Origin: Calditrichota bacterium
Lineage (GTDB): Bacteria; Electryoneota; AABM5-125-24; Hatepunaeales; Hatepunaeaceae
DNA: 49,791 nt
Direction: 5' to 3'
Assembly: GCA_016867855.1 (NCBI GenBank)
Contig: VGIO01000003.1
Span: forward strand, 1 to 49,791
This document shows positions 10,778 through 21,553 of the stretch, one piece after another. The position numbers were made by a program, and so were the translations under genes. Under the pieces are notes generated by a model that was given only the letters and a program-made list of their open reading frames with translations, was not told the DNA's origin and did not search any database. Position 1 is the stretch's first letter; each line of letters begins with the position of its first letter.

Positions 10778-10963
10778 AATCATCATCCCGCACCGCGGTG
10801 CAACGTAAGATGAAAGGACACCCCCCTTAATCCCCCCGCAAGCGGGGGGAGAAGCGAGCATCAGTCGCAAGCGGGGGGAGAAGCAAGCATCAGTCGCAAG
10901 TGGGGGGAGAAGCAAGCATCAGTCGCAAGCGGGGGGAGAAAGCGCATCTATTTTCCGAGTAAT
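10778..10963 (+). mobile_element. Repeat element family B with three extra 29-bp units
   Basis: AAT-CATCATCCCG...GTGCAAC..AAGATGAAA...ATTTTCCGAGT-AAT. Internal GCAAGCGGGGGGAGAAGC(G/A)AGCATCAGTC x3. Confidence 0.85.
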
Positions 10964-11012
10964 ATGCGGATTGAAGGCGGCTATAATAATTAATCCAAAT
11001 TTTCAAAATTGA

Positions 11013-12888
<1,876 letters not shown>

Positions 12889-12937
12889 ATGACTAAAATC
12901 TCAAACACCAAGCACTTAAGCACTCAAGCACATTTCA

Positions 12938-14170
12938 ATGCGCGTCCTAATCGCTGTCGGACACAGCGGTATCTATGCCGGCGGGGCGCATCAGGCGCTC
13001 TACAGCCTAATCGGACTTAAGCGGGAAGGCGTCGAAGTTGGGGCGGTTTGGGGTCCCGACGCCGAGAACGACCCTCACGGTTTCGACCGCTTGAAAGAGT
13101 TGGATATTCCCTTTTGGATCCTGCCGATTCACCGCAAGCCGGACTGGCGAAATATAAGGGCTTTCAGAAGAATCATCATCCCGCTGCGCGGTGCAACCGA
13201 AGATGAAAGGACACCCCCCTTCATCCCCCCGCAAGCGGGGGGCGAAAGCGCGTCTATTTTTCGAGTGATATTGCAGGAATTCAAGCCGGATGTGGTCGAA
13301 GCGGTTAAATCCGGCGCGCAGTATTATACGCTGACTGCCGGGATAGGTTTAAACCGGCACGCGCTTGTATTCTACCGCGGTATCAGCCGGCCGATGGATT
13401 ATTTTCAGGAATTCAAATACCGGCTTAAACGAGTCGATAAAATCATCGCTAATTGCCGCGATTTGAAAGAGATTATGACGCGAAGCGGGCGGATTCCAGT
13501 CGAAAAGGTCGAGGTTGTGCCTGGCGAGTTCGACCCAGCTTGCAGTGAGCCGGACCAGGTCGATGCGAGCGGATTGCGCTCCGAGATGGGAATATCAGAC
13601 GGAGTTCCCGTCATCATCCAATTGGGGAATTATGCGTCCTGGCGCGGTCAGGTGTTTACCCTCAAGGCTGCTAAGATACTTAAAAACCGCGGCTATCGGT
13701 TTCATCTGGTATTCTGCGGGCGGGAGACCGATGTTCTAAAGCCTCTGGTGAAGGAACTAGGATTGAACGAATGCGTTACCCTGTCGCCGTATCGGCGCGA
13801 CCCGCAGCGGGTGCTGAAAATGTCCAACATCGCTGTCAATGCCTCCACTGCTAACGAGAGCCTGCCCGGCTCGCTGCTGAACATTCAGGCGATGGGCGTG
13901 CCGGCAGTAGCGACGACTATGCCCGGCGCGAGCGAAATTGTCGAAGATGGCGTTACCGGCTGGCTTGTTCCTCCCGGCGATGTTGAAGCCCTGGCTGACC
14001 GGTTAGCGAGGCTGCTGGCGCTGCCCAAGGCAGAAAGACAGGAATGGGGAAAACGCGCTTATGCCCGGGCGCATCGTCTTTTCTCTTCCGAAAGCCGGAC
14101 GGCAAAACGTTTGAAAGTCTATCGACAAGCGATTGAAATTCGCAAATTGAAAAATGAGGGAACAAAATGA
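12938..14170 (+). CDS. Glycosyltransferase family 4 with an in-frame 32-aa repeat insertion
   Basis: GT-B motifs (GGA, ESLP, AMGVPAVAT, EIVEDGVTGWLVPPGD). Family B element at 13171-13269. Confidence 0.9.
   Translation: MRVLIAVGHSGIYAGGAHQALYSLIGLKREGVEVGAVWGPDAENDPHGFDRLKELDIPFWILPIHRKPDWRNIRAFRRIIIPLRGATEDERTPPFIPPQAGGESASIFRVILQEFKPDVVEAVKSGAQYYTLTAGIGLNRHALVFYRGISRPMDYFQEFKYRLKRVDKIIANCRDLKEIMTRSGRIPVEKVEVVPGEFDPACSEPDQVDASGLRSEMGISDGVPVIIQLGNYASWRGQVFTLKAAKILKNRGYRFHLVFCGRETDVLKPLVKELGLNECVTLSPYRRDPQRVLKMSNIAVNASTANESLPGSLLNIQAMGVPAVATTMPGASEIVEDGVTGWLVPPGDVEALADRLARLLALPKAERQEWGKRAYARAHRLFSSESRTAKRLKVYRQAIEIRKLKNEGTK
13171..13269 (+). mobile_element. Repeat element family B, minimal 96-bp form, in frame within a CDS
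   Basis: Same ends as the copies at 10778 and 25677. Encodes IIIPLRGATEDERTPPFIPPQAGGESASIFRV. Confidence 0.9.
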
Positions 14171-14283
14171 AAACATACCGCTGCACGGTTTGCGGTTATG
14201 AGCATATCGGCGACCAGCCGCCCGACATCTGCCCGGTCTGCGGGGCGTCGAAAGAAGCATTTGTCGAAGTAAAGAGACAATGA
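14167..14283 (+). CDS. Small rubredoxin-like protein (38 aa)
   Basis: Manual translation gives MKTYRCTVCGYEHIGDQPPDICPVCGASKEAFVEVKRQ (CxxCG-x11-CPxCG). ATGA overlap with the GT stop. Absent from the ORF track. Confidence 0.88.
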   Translation: MKTYRCTVCGYEHIGDQPPDICPVCGASKEAFVEVKRQ

Positions 14284-14477
14284 TGCGTATTTCAACAATA
14301 GCCGTCGTTGCGCTAACCGGTCTGCTTTTATTTTGCACCGGTAATACGAATGCCAACCAGGTGGGGCGACTACGGTGGTCATCCATAATTCAATACAGCG
14401 CTGCTTTTTATGAAGCCGGTCTGGGGCATCCTTTGACCGGCACTAGATTTCAGCAGATTAGTATATTCGTCAAATAG
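14280..14477 (+). CDS. Small hypothetical protein with signal-peptide-like N-terminus, or a gene remnant
   Basis: ATGA overlap with the rubredoxin stop and a hydrophobic N-terminus. No recognisable domain. Confidence 0.3.
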   Translation: MMRISTIAVVALTGLLLFCTGNTNANQVGRLRWSSIIQYSAAFYEAGLGHPLTGTRFQQISIFVK

Positions 14478-14493
14478 CGGCCATCCAAACCTA

Positions 14494-15312
14494 ATGATAT
14501 CCTTTGCCGACGCCTTAGTGAACAACCTTGAAACTTCCATCTGCCGTGAGTTTTTCACTCGCTTGCAAGCCGCAAATAAGTCGCTGCTAATGCTCGACTA
14601 TGACGGCACTTTGGCGCCATTCAAGGTCGCGCGGATGAAAGCCGTCCCATATTCCGGTGTGGTCGATAGATTGAACCGGTTGAGTCGGACCGGCGCCGCG
14701 GTCGTGATTATCTCCGGTCGGCCGGTCAAGGAGGTCCAAAAATTATTAGCCGTCCGGATGCCGTTAGAAATTTGGGGCTGCAATGGCTATGAAAGAGTCA
14801 CATCCGACGGCAAGTATCGTCGCTATCGTTTGGGGCCGGAAGTCGAAGACGCTCTAGATAAGGTTCAATATCTGATCGTCGGTTTTGGTTTAAAGAAACG
14901 GATGGAGGTCAAAGTCGGCGCGGTTTTACTGCATTGGCGGGGGCAGAGAGCCTCGATCATCGAGACGCTCAGACTATTCGGCGAGAATTTATTCGACATT
15001 TACACTATTCAGGGCAAGACTGAAGTCAAGCCTTTCGACGGCGGCATCGAACTGCGGGCGACATCGCGGGATAAGGGCCTGGTCGTGCGCGAGTTGAGCG
15101 CGAATTTGGACGCCGACACGCCGGCGGCTTATCTGGGCGACGACACCACTGATGAAGACGCCTTTGCAGCGCTGCGGGATGACGACCTGCCGGTTTTAGT
15201 CCGACGGGAGTTCAGACCGTCGAAAGCCAAGGCCTGGCTGAAACCTCCGCGCGATTTATTAAAATTCTTGGATTTATGGGAAAAATCGATTAAATTTAAT
15301 ACTAAAGGTTGA
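14494..15312 (+). CDS. otsB: Trehalose-6-phosphate phosphatase
   Basis: LDYDGTL, ISGR, LHWR, DKG and GDDTTDEDAF motifs. Adjacent to otsA. Confidence 0.95.
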   Translation: MISFADALVNNLETSICREFFTRLQAANKSLLMLDYDGTLAPFKVARMKAVPYSGVVDRLNRLSRTGAAVVIISGRPVKEVQKLLAVRMPLEIWGCNGYERVTSDGKYRRYRLGPEVEDALDKVQYLIVGFGLKKRMEVKVGAVLLHWRGQRASIIETLRLFGENLFDIYTIQGKTEVKPFDGGIELRATSRDKGLVVRELSANLDADTPAAYLGDDTTDEDAFAALRDDDLPVLVRREFRPSKAKAWLKPPRDLLKFLDLWEKSIKFNTKG

Positions 15313-15391
15313 TACTGTTTCCGAGTTCACAGATTCAATGTGCAATATGATGCATTAAGAGCGCGTTAAAGCGGTGAACTCGGAACAAGCA
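15313..15391. repeat. Short inverted-repeat element
   Basis: TGTTTCCGAGTTCAC (15316-15330) and GTGAACTCGGAACA (15374-15387). Confidence 0.6.
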
Positions 15392-15409
15392 CAATAACAA
15401 AGCAGGCGA

Positions 15410-16927
15410 ATGAAATCCAATCGGCGTTCGACACATCCTGCGCCGGAGTCGGGAATCGCCCGGCTGGTCGCTGTCTCCAACCGCCTGCCGATAGCCCTGC
15501 GCAAAGTCGGCGGCAAGTGGCAGATTCAACCGGGCGGCGGGGGCTTAGTTACGGCTATTTCGCCGGTCTTGCGCCATCGCGGCGGTCTCTGGATTGGCTG
15601 GTCGGGGACGACGGAAGAAGTGAACTGGGAAACCGAGTTGGACGGGGCGTCGTTGTCCGCGGGATATACATTAGTGCCGGTAACCTTGACGCACGACGAA
15701 GCCGAGAATTTTTATCTCGGTTTTGCCAATCAAATCATCTGGCCCTTGTTTCACGATTTGCAGACCCGTTGCAATTTCGAACCAATATTTTGGCGCTATT
15801 ATCTGCAGGTTAATAATAAGTATGCTTCGGTCATCGCCAGCCATAGTCAGCCGAGCGATTTTATTTGGGTTCACGACTATCATCTAATGACCATCGCCCA
15901 GTCGCTGCGCGCATTGGGTATTGAGCGTAAAACCGGCTTCTTTCTACATATTCCTTTCCCACCGGTGGATATTTTTTTTCGTCTGCCGTGGCGTGCGCAA
16001 ATCCTGCAGGCCTTGCTTGAGTTTGATATCCTCGGTTTCCAAACCCTGCGCGACCGACGCAACTTCATTCAATGCCTCCAATACCTTTCTCCCAGTTTAA
16101 AAACATCGGGGCATGGCGCGGTGTTGACTGTCAACATCGCCGGGCGGTCGGTGCGCATCGGTAGTTTCCCCATCAGCATCGACTTCGACGAGTTTGCTGT
16201 TCATTCAGCCTCGCGCGAGGTCGAATCGCGCGTGCGCTGGCTGAAGGAATCGATGCTCGGCTCGCAAATTGTGTTGGGCGTCGATCGGCTGGACTATACG
16301 AAAGGTTTGCCGGAACGGTTGAACGCTTTTCGTCTGGCGCTGCAAAATCATCCGGATATAAGGCGGCGGTTAACATTCGTGCAAGTAGTCGTGCCATCAC
16401 GCACGGATGTTTTGGAGTATCAAGCGCTCAAAGCGGAAGTCGAGCAATTGGTAGGCGAAATCAACGGCGAGTTCACAACCGCCGGCTGGGTGCCGATTCA
16501 TTATATTTTTCGCAATTTGCAGCGCGACGAACTATTGGCTTATTACCGGACGGCGCAAGTCGCGCTGGTGACGCCGGTCAAGGACGGTATGAATTTAGTG
16601 GCTAAGGAGTATTGCGCCTGCCATTTGGATGATGACGGAGTATTGATTCTATCGGAATTTGCGGGTGCGGCGGCGGAATTGCAGCGCGGCGCGCTGTTAG
16701 TTAATCCTTACGATGTCGAAGGCGTCGCACAGGCTATCTACAAAGCCTTCTCGCTGTCAGCCGATGAGAAGCGCGCGCGGATGCGGCGGCTGCGCGACAG
16801 CATAAAAAAACGCGACATCTACTACTGGGTGGATTCTTATCTCAAAGCCGCGCTGTCGAAGAAACTGCACGATTTCCCGATGGTGGAGGATTATGTCCCG
16901 CCGATTTTGCTGCGAACAGAAATATAG
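15410..16927 (+). CDS. otsA: Trehalose-6-phosphate synthase
   Basis: [48 protein letters not shown] and SEFAGAA. Confidence 0.97.
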   Translation: MKSNRRSTHPAPESGIARLVAVSNRLPIALRKVGGKWQIQPGGGGLVTAISPVLRHRGGLWIGWSGTTEEVNWETELDGASLSAGYTLVPVTLTHDEAENFYLGFANQIIWPLFHDLQTRCNFEPIFWRYYLQVNNKYASVIASHSQPSDFIWVHDYHLMTIAQSLRALGIERKTGFFLHIPFPPVDIFFRLPWRAQILQALLEFDILGFQTLRDRRNFIQCLQYLSPSLKTSGHGAVLTVNIAGRSVRIGSFPISIDFDEFAVHSASREVESRVRWLKESMLGSQIVLGVDRLDYTKGLPERLNAFRLALQNHPDIRRRLTFVQVVVPSRTDVLEYQALKAEVEQLVGEINGEFTTAGWVPIHYIFRNLQRDELLAYYRTAQVALVTPVKDGMNLVAKEYCACHLDDDGVLILSEFAGAAAELQRGALLVNPYDVEGVAQAIYKAFSLSADEKRARMRRLRDSIKKRDIYYWVDSYLKAALSKKLHDFPMVEDYVPPILLRTEI

Positions 16928-16948
16928 AGCCGGTCCGCTAAATCGAAT

Positions 16949-17072
16949 TGTCCGAGAATACCGGTATCCGCTGCTGCCCGGTCGTGGTCGGCAGCGTAAT
17001 TATAGGAATTACAATGTTTTGCTGTTGACTACGGTGAGTCGACGGCGGGGAATTTCACATTCTCGGACAGCC
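16949..17072. repeat. Degenerate inverted-repeat element with two internal hairpins
   Basis: TGTCCGAGAAT (16949-16959) and ATTCTCGGACA (17059-17069). Confidence 0.55.
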
Positions 17073-17076
17073 AGAA

Positions 17077-18024
17077 ATGCCTGAGCGAGCAGCGGCTCAT
17101 ACCGCGCTGTCTCCCGGTCCGGAGAAACTCTGGGATGCCGCCGCCGGGTTCATATCCTCGATTGCGCTGGAGAAGGGATTGGCGGTCAATACTCAACAAG
17201 CCTACCGGCGCGACTTGGCAGACTTCATCGATTTTACAACGCGCACGGGGATAGGAGATTGGGCGTCGGTAACTCCCCGGCAGATAACACAATATGTGAG
17301 TGAATTAATCGAGGTCGGCGCAGCGGAAGCCACGGTAGGCCGGCGGCTGTCGGCGTTGCGCGGCTTATTCGCATTTCTCACGCGCGAAAAATACATCTCC
17401 AGCGACCCTTCCGAAATCGTCATCGGGCCGCGCCTCAAGCGCAAATTGCCGGAAGTCCTGTCGGTCGAAGACATCAAATTACTAATTTCAGCCGTCGATA
17501 TATCCTCGCCGGCAGGTTTGCGCGACTGGGCGATGCTCGAATTAGTCTATGGCTGCGGTCTGCGGGTTAGCGAATTAGTAAATGTTAAGTCAGCCGATTT
17601 CCTCTTCGGCGGGGAGATTTTAAGGGTGTTGGGAAAAGGCTCAAAAGAACGGCTTGTGCCGGTAGGCGGCTGTGCCCGGGCTGCGCTGGTGGAATATCTG
17701 CAAAAAGGCCGTCCGGCGTTGATGCGCGATCCTAAAGCCGCCCGCGACAGACTTTTTCTTTCGGTTAAATTAGGCAAACCGTTGACGCGCGTTGGCTTCT
17801 GGGCTTTACTGAAGGAAATTGCTCTGCGCGCCGGTCTATCGCGCCGTGTTACGCCGCATATTTTCCGCCACTCTTTTGCTACTCACCTGTTAGAAGGCGG
17901 CGCCGGGCTGCGCGATGTCCAGGAACTCCTCGGACACGTTTCAATCGACACTACGATGATTTACACTCATATCGACCGCACGCATCTCATCGAAGTTGTG
18001 CGCACCTTTCATCCAAGAAATTGA
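17077..18024 (+). CDS. xerD: Tyrosine recombinase XerD
   Basis: EKGLAVNT..AY..DL, GLRVSEL, GKGSKER, HIFRHSFATHLL, LGH....TT.IYTH and FHPR. Confidence 0.93.
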   Translation: MPERAAAHTALSPGPEKLWDAAAGFISSIALEKGLAVNTQQAYRRDLADFIDFTTRTGIGDWASVTPRQITQYVSELIEVGAAEATVGRRLSALRGLFAFLTREKYISSDPSEIVIGPRLKRKLPEVLSVEDIKLLISAVDISSPAGLRDWAMLELVYGCGLRVSELVNVKSADFLFGGEILRVLGKGSKERLVPVGGCARAALVEYLQKGRPALMRDPKAARDRLFLSVKLGKPLTRVGFWALLKEIALRAGLSRRVTPHIFRHSFATHLLEGGAGLRDVQELLGHVSIDTTMIYTHIDRTHLIEVVRTFHPRN

Positions 18025-18036
18025 CTCTGCCATAAA

Positions 18037-18060
18037 GTAGCCCGGCTTCTTGAAGCCGGG
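18037..18060 (+). repeat. REP-like palindrome GTAGCCCGGCTTCTTGAAGCCGGG
   Basis: GTAG tetramer plus hairpin. A degenerate second copy lies at 28382. Confidence 0.65.
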
Positions 18061-18096
18061 AATTACCGCTATGGTTGCAGTAATACCCATTGGAGC

Positions 18097-18134
18097 AAAA
18101 AAACCTTGCCCCGGACGAACCGGGGCAAGGGATT
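18097..18134 (-). terminator. Intrinsic terminator of the cytochrome gene
   Basis: 11-bp perfect stem CCTTGCCCCGG/CCGGGGCAAGG, 5-nt loop, T7 tract on the minus strand. Confidence 0.85.
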
Positions 18135-18170
18135 TGATCAGCAGATTGGAGATGCCCTGTCTGATCATTT

Positions 18171-20183
18171 TTACTTCAAGAGAATCAATTTCTTACTAGC
18201 GTTGAAGCCGGCGGCTTCCATCCGCAGGATAAAGACGCCCGAAGGATGCCCGGCTAACATCACCAAGGCTTTGTAGGCGCCGGCTTTCTGCTCGCCCGAT
18301 ATGATGGTCTGGATTTCACGCCCAGCCATATCGAATACCTTCAGACTAACGAAGCCGTCGTTTGCCAATGTATAGCCGACTACCGAAGTTGGATTGAATG
18401 GATTAGGATAAGCCTCGCTGAGCGAATAGCCCAGCGGCGCTGGACCTTCGACTTTCTCAATGCCTAAATTTTCGCGGTCAGCAAGCGCGGCTTGCAGCAG
18501 ACCTTTGGCATATCCAGGATTGTGCAGACCGCCGGAGCCGTCGCTCTCGACGAATTTGTAGTTATAAGCGGCGCGCAGTTGAGCCGATGTATATCTGTTA
18601 GTAACTACGACTGTAGGTTCGCCGACCGGCGGCAGCAACATCGCTAGCGCGGTCATCAAACCCTGTATTTCGGCTTTAGCCGATTCCTGTCTTCCATCGC
18701 CGTCCCAGTCATCGACGCCGATGTCGTCGAACGACCTGTCGATATCGTCGTGGCAGCGCACGCAGGCTTCGATATGTTCAGCGCCGTCGTCTGATTTCAT
18801 CGCGAACGAATGGTCGCCTAACTTCAGATAACCCGGCGCATTCGGATCTTCCGGTCCGGAACTCATATGGCAGCCAACGCAGCCGTTCTCGATGATTCGT
18901 CCGTGCGGTGTGGACTCAATTTCCCGGCCATATTCGATAGCATTTGTGCCGGCTACCATATCGCTCTGGTTGCAGTAGTGTGGGCCGAAGCGGTCGGAAT
19001 AGCGCTGGACATAAGTTACGGCGTTGCGGCGGGATTGGTGGCAGTTGGCGCAAATGTTCCCCAGGTCGAAATTGACTTCGACGCCATTTTGCAGTCTCAC
19101 CGGCGTAACCGTGCGGACTTGATGCTCGTTAGTCGCATCGTGCGGATTATGGCAGACCGCGCAGGTGATAGGGAGGTAGGTTAAGTCTTTCAAAGAATCA
19201 GGCACGCCTGCCAAGTGGTCGAGAAAGCCGACGCCACTGTGGCAGCGCACGCAGCTTGGGCGGCTCTCTTCCGGCGGGCGCGAGTGTCCTGAATTATCCC
19301 ACTGATAAGGCCGGGTGTGATGTGTGCCGGAGTCGTGGCATTTGGCGCAGACGCCTGTCTCCAGTGAAACTGTCATCTTATTATCGGAATTATTACCCAT
19401 ATGCGCTGAGCCTGGTCCGTGGCAGTTTTCGCATTGGATGTTCGCCATTTTGGCGGTTTCCGGGAAGCGCACTTTCATTGTGTCCCAAGTTCCCGGGCGC
19501 AGACCGCCGCGGGCGCTGTCTAGGAAGGTCCAACCTTCCTGGCGCGCCATATCGTCGAAGCCGTGGTTGACGGCTAATGAGTCGGTGTTATAACCGACGA
19601 CGTGGCAACGCACACAAGAAGCCCGCCAACTCATACTTTGCTGACCATCGATAGCGCGTGCAAAGACATCGCCGTGTTTCGTTTCGCTCCACGGACGAAC
19701 TTTTTGGTCAACTTGTCCGTTGTGACAGGCGGCGCATTGGGGAACTTGCGGATTGCCGACGATGCTGCCGACGCCGACATAATTCGCGGCGTTCACCGCC
19801 AATTCCACCGCGTCGCTTTGACCGGCGGCAGTGGTTACGCGCAGAGTGATTCTATATGTTCCGCGCAGGTCTGGAGTGAATTTGACCACCGCGACATTAG
19901 CCGCGCTTAGAGCCGCTTGCGAATTGCGCGGGCGCGCCGCCATCGTCCAAGCCCAGGCTGTTACGGCTGTATCGCCGGGATTACCGGTTAAATAGACTAT
20001 CTCGCCGACGCCGACATTCGGTAGTCCGGTTGAAGGTTTGTCGTATATATCGAGCGTATCCCTTGCGACCGTCCGATCTGAAACGGCCAGAACCTTAATT
20101 ATGGCTGTGGACTGGGCAAAGGAAGTCATCACCAAAGTCAGCAATAAACAAATTGCCCCCAAAGCGATTACGAACTTTCTCAT
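18171..20183 (-). CDS. Secreted nonaheme c-type cytochrome with Ig/PKD-like N-domain and C-terminal secretion/sorting tail
   Basis: Signal peptide and nine CxxCH motifs (CAACH, CVRCH, CENCH, CAKCH, CVRCH, CAVCH, CANCH, CVGCH, CVRCH). AAYNY..V.SDGS.GLHNP.YA helical region. Tail AYPNPFNPT...VFDMAGREI...PSGVFILRM...KKLILLK. AGGAG RBS. Confidence 0.9.
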   Translation of the reverse strand: MRKFVIALGAICLLLTLVMTSFAQSTAIIKVLAVSDRTVARDTLDIYDKPSTGLPNVGVGEIVYLTGNPGDTAVTAWAWTMAARPRNSQAALSAANVAVVKFTPDLRGTYRITLRVTTAAGQSDAVELAVNAANYVGVGSIVGNPQVPQCAACHNGQVDQKVRPWSETKHGDVFARAIDGQQSMSWRASCVRCHVVGYNTDSLAVNHGFDDMARQEGWTFLDSARGGLRPGTWDTMKVRFPETAKMANIQCENCHGPGSAHMGNNSDNKMTVSLETGVCAKCHDSGTHHTRPYQWDNSGHSRPPEESRPSCVRCHSGVGFLDHLAGVPDSLKDLTYLPITCAVCHNPHDATNEHQVRTVTPVRLQNGVEVNFDLGNICANCHQSRRNAVTYVQRYSDRFGPHYCNQSDMVAGTNAIEYGREIESTPHGRIIENGCVGCHMSSGPEDPNAPGYLKLGDHSFAMKSDDGAEHIEACVRCHDDIDRSFDDIGVDDWDGDGRQESAKAEIQGLMTALAMLLPPVGEPTVVVTNRYTSAQLRAAYNYKFVESDGSGGLHNPGYAKGLLQAALADRENLGIEKVEGPAPLGYSLSEAYPNPFNPTSVVGYTLANDGFVSLKVFDMAGREIQTIISGEQKAGAYKALVMLAGHPSGVFILRMEAAGFNASKKLILLK

Positions 20184-20208
20184 CTTTTCTCCTGATTTAA
20201 ATTGAGAA

Positions 20209-20226
20209 TTGTGTAAAATTACACAA
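20209..20226. promoter_or_regulatory. Rex-like operator
   Basis: TTGTGTAAAATTACACAA, an 18-bp palindrome matching TTGTG-N8-CACAA. Confidence 0.55.
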
Positions 20227-20323
20227 TATTATATTAACTTTGTTGTAATTGGCTCACCTTTGTCCTATAAATACATTTATAATCACTAAACTAAAGCGAG
20301 CGTAAAATTATTAGGTTTATAGT

Positions 20324-20339
20324 AGCAAATCTTATGCCG
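20324..20339 (-). promoter_or_regulatory. Sigma54 -24/-12 promoter
   Basis: Minus strand CGGCATAAGATTTGCT fits GG-N10-GC with TTGC. Oriented toward the cytochrome, about 140 bp upstream of its ATG. Confidence 0.65.
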
Positions 20340-20361
20340 TTTTTAGTAGGACAAAACAGAC

Positions 20362-20511
20362 GAGCTAATTGCAAAAGTGATGATTAATCCAGAAAACTCA
20401 GACATGGCAAGGCGGACGCCCTCGTCCGCCGAAAACCAAGCCTAGAATGCGGCGGACGAAGGCGTCCGCCTTGCCATCAGTTAATAAATCCAACGCTTTT
20501 GCAATTACCTC
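20362..20511. mobile_element. MITE family A (150 bp), TSD AGAC
   Basis: GAGCTAATTGCAAAAGTG...CGCTTTTGCAATTACCTC, with AGAC at 20358-61 and 20512-15. Confidence 0.92.
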
Positions 20512-20588
20512 AGACTTGTAAGATTTGGAGTTATTAAAATAATATCGTAATTTATGTTTTGGTAGATACAGGCAAATAATAAGAGGCG

Positions 20589-20755
20589 TCATACCAATTT
20601 GCATTCATAATGAATAAAGGGATTCAAAATTAACAACGGATTAAACGGATAGAACGGATTAACCTAGCGGCTTTACAGGATTATTCGTTTCATCCGTTTA
20701 ACCTGTGTGACTTTATTTCGACATTTATCATCTGATCGATTGCGACTTGGTGTCA
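20589..20755. mobile_element. MITE-like family D
   Basis: TCATACCAATTTGCA...TGCGACTTGGTGTCA imperfect TIRs with internal inverted 9-bp AACGGAT repeats. A closely similar copy lies at 49663. Confidence 0.75.
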
Positions 20756-20947
20756 TTTAGTATTTACGCGTAAAACACTTCATATAAATATAATTACATT
20801 TTTCTAAAAGTCAATATCAGAATAATCTCCAATCTTAAAAAAACGACCGTTCCCAAAGGTTCGTCACGCGGCTTCAGCCTAAGGAAGAATATTCTTACAC
20901 GGACAGCGTCTGTTTTAGGCGCCGACAGCCCCGGCGGTCGGGTAGCC

Positions 20948-21553
20948 ATCACCGGCGCCAATTATTTAACTATTTTACGTCTGCTGATCGTCCCGCTGTT
21001 TTGGATTTGCTTCTTCAATCCGGGTTGGTTGGTCCAGTTTATCGCTACCCTGCTGATAGCCATCGGCGCATTGACCGATATGTGGGATGGCAGATTAGCG
21101 CGCCGCCGCGGGCAAATCACGCCGTTCGGCAATTTTATGGATCCGCTGGCCGATAAATTGTTAGTCCTTTCAGCCTTTTGGGCGCTGCTCATTCGAGAGA
21201 ATCTGGGCGGCTTTCAGATATCAGCGCTCATTCTCGTTTCGATTATCACTCTGCGCGAAATTGCCCTGACCATCCTGCGCGTATATAAAATCCGCAGCGG
21301 TTCGTCCTTGCAGACCAGTCTCTGGGGCAAATGGAAAACCGCCGCCCAACTCATCACTATCCTGCTAACTTTCACGCTTTTTAATCTACGCGCCTTTGCA
21401 ACAGCGCGTGAAGTTTCTATTCCGATTTTAAACGACGTGATAATGAACATAACGATAACAATTTTACTGACAATCTGTATGTTGACATCGGTTATTTCGG
21501 GGTGGTTATATTTGAAAGATATGTTTAGAGACTTAAATGGACAAGATGGCTAA
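20948..21553 (+). CDS. pgsA: CDP-diacylglycerol--glycerol-3-phosphate phosphatidyltransferase (start uncertain)
   Basis: DMWDGRLARR.GQIT.FG.FMDPLADK and GKWKT. The conserved ANYLTILR helix is in frame upstream of the first canonical start (21029). Confidence 0.9.
   Translation: MTGANYLTILRLLIVPLFWICFFNPGWLVQFIATLLIAIGALTDMWDGRLARRRGQITPFGNFMDPLADKLLVLSAFWALLIRENLGGFQISALILVSIITLREIALTILRVYKIRSGSSLQTSLWGKWKTAAQLITILLTFTLFNLRAFATAREVSIPILNDVIMNITITILLTICMLTSVISGWLYLKDMFRDLNGQDG

Noticed and set aside
10838-10940. 29-bp repeats (also 25737-25810) as a CRISPR array
   Set aside because: Units are head-to-tail with no unique spacers, there are no cas genes, and they lie inside family B elements.
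17077-18024. Prophage or island integrase
   Set aside because: The motifs are those of housekeeping XerD. No att sites, tRNA or phage genes seen, and no convincing dif site found.
18171-20183. NrfA nitrite reductase
   Set aside because: No CxxCK motif, nine hemes, a secretion tail, and no nrfH partner.
20398-20604. Small ORFs overlapping repeats (also 10598-10915, 25670-25861, 28203-28385, 42250-42447, 48094-48288)
   Set aside because: They are translations of repeat elements (shared GRGRPPC or PPQAGG peptides) with no independent coding evidence.
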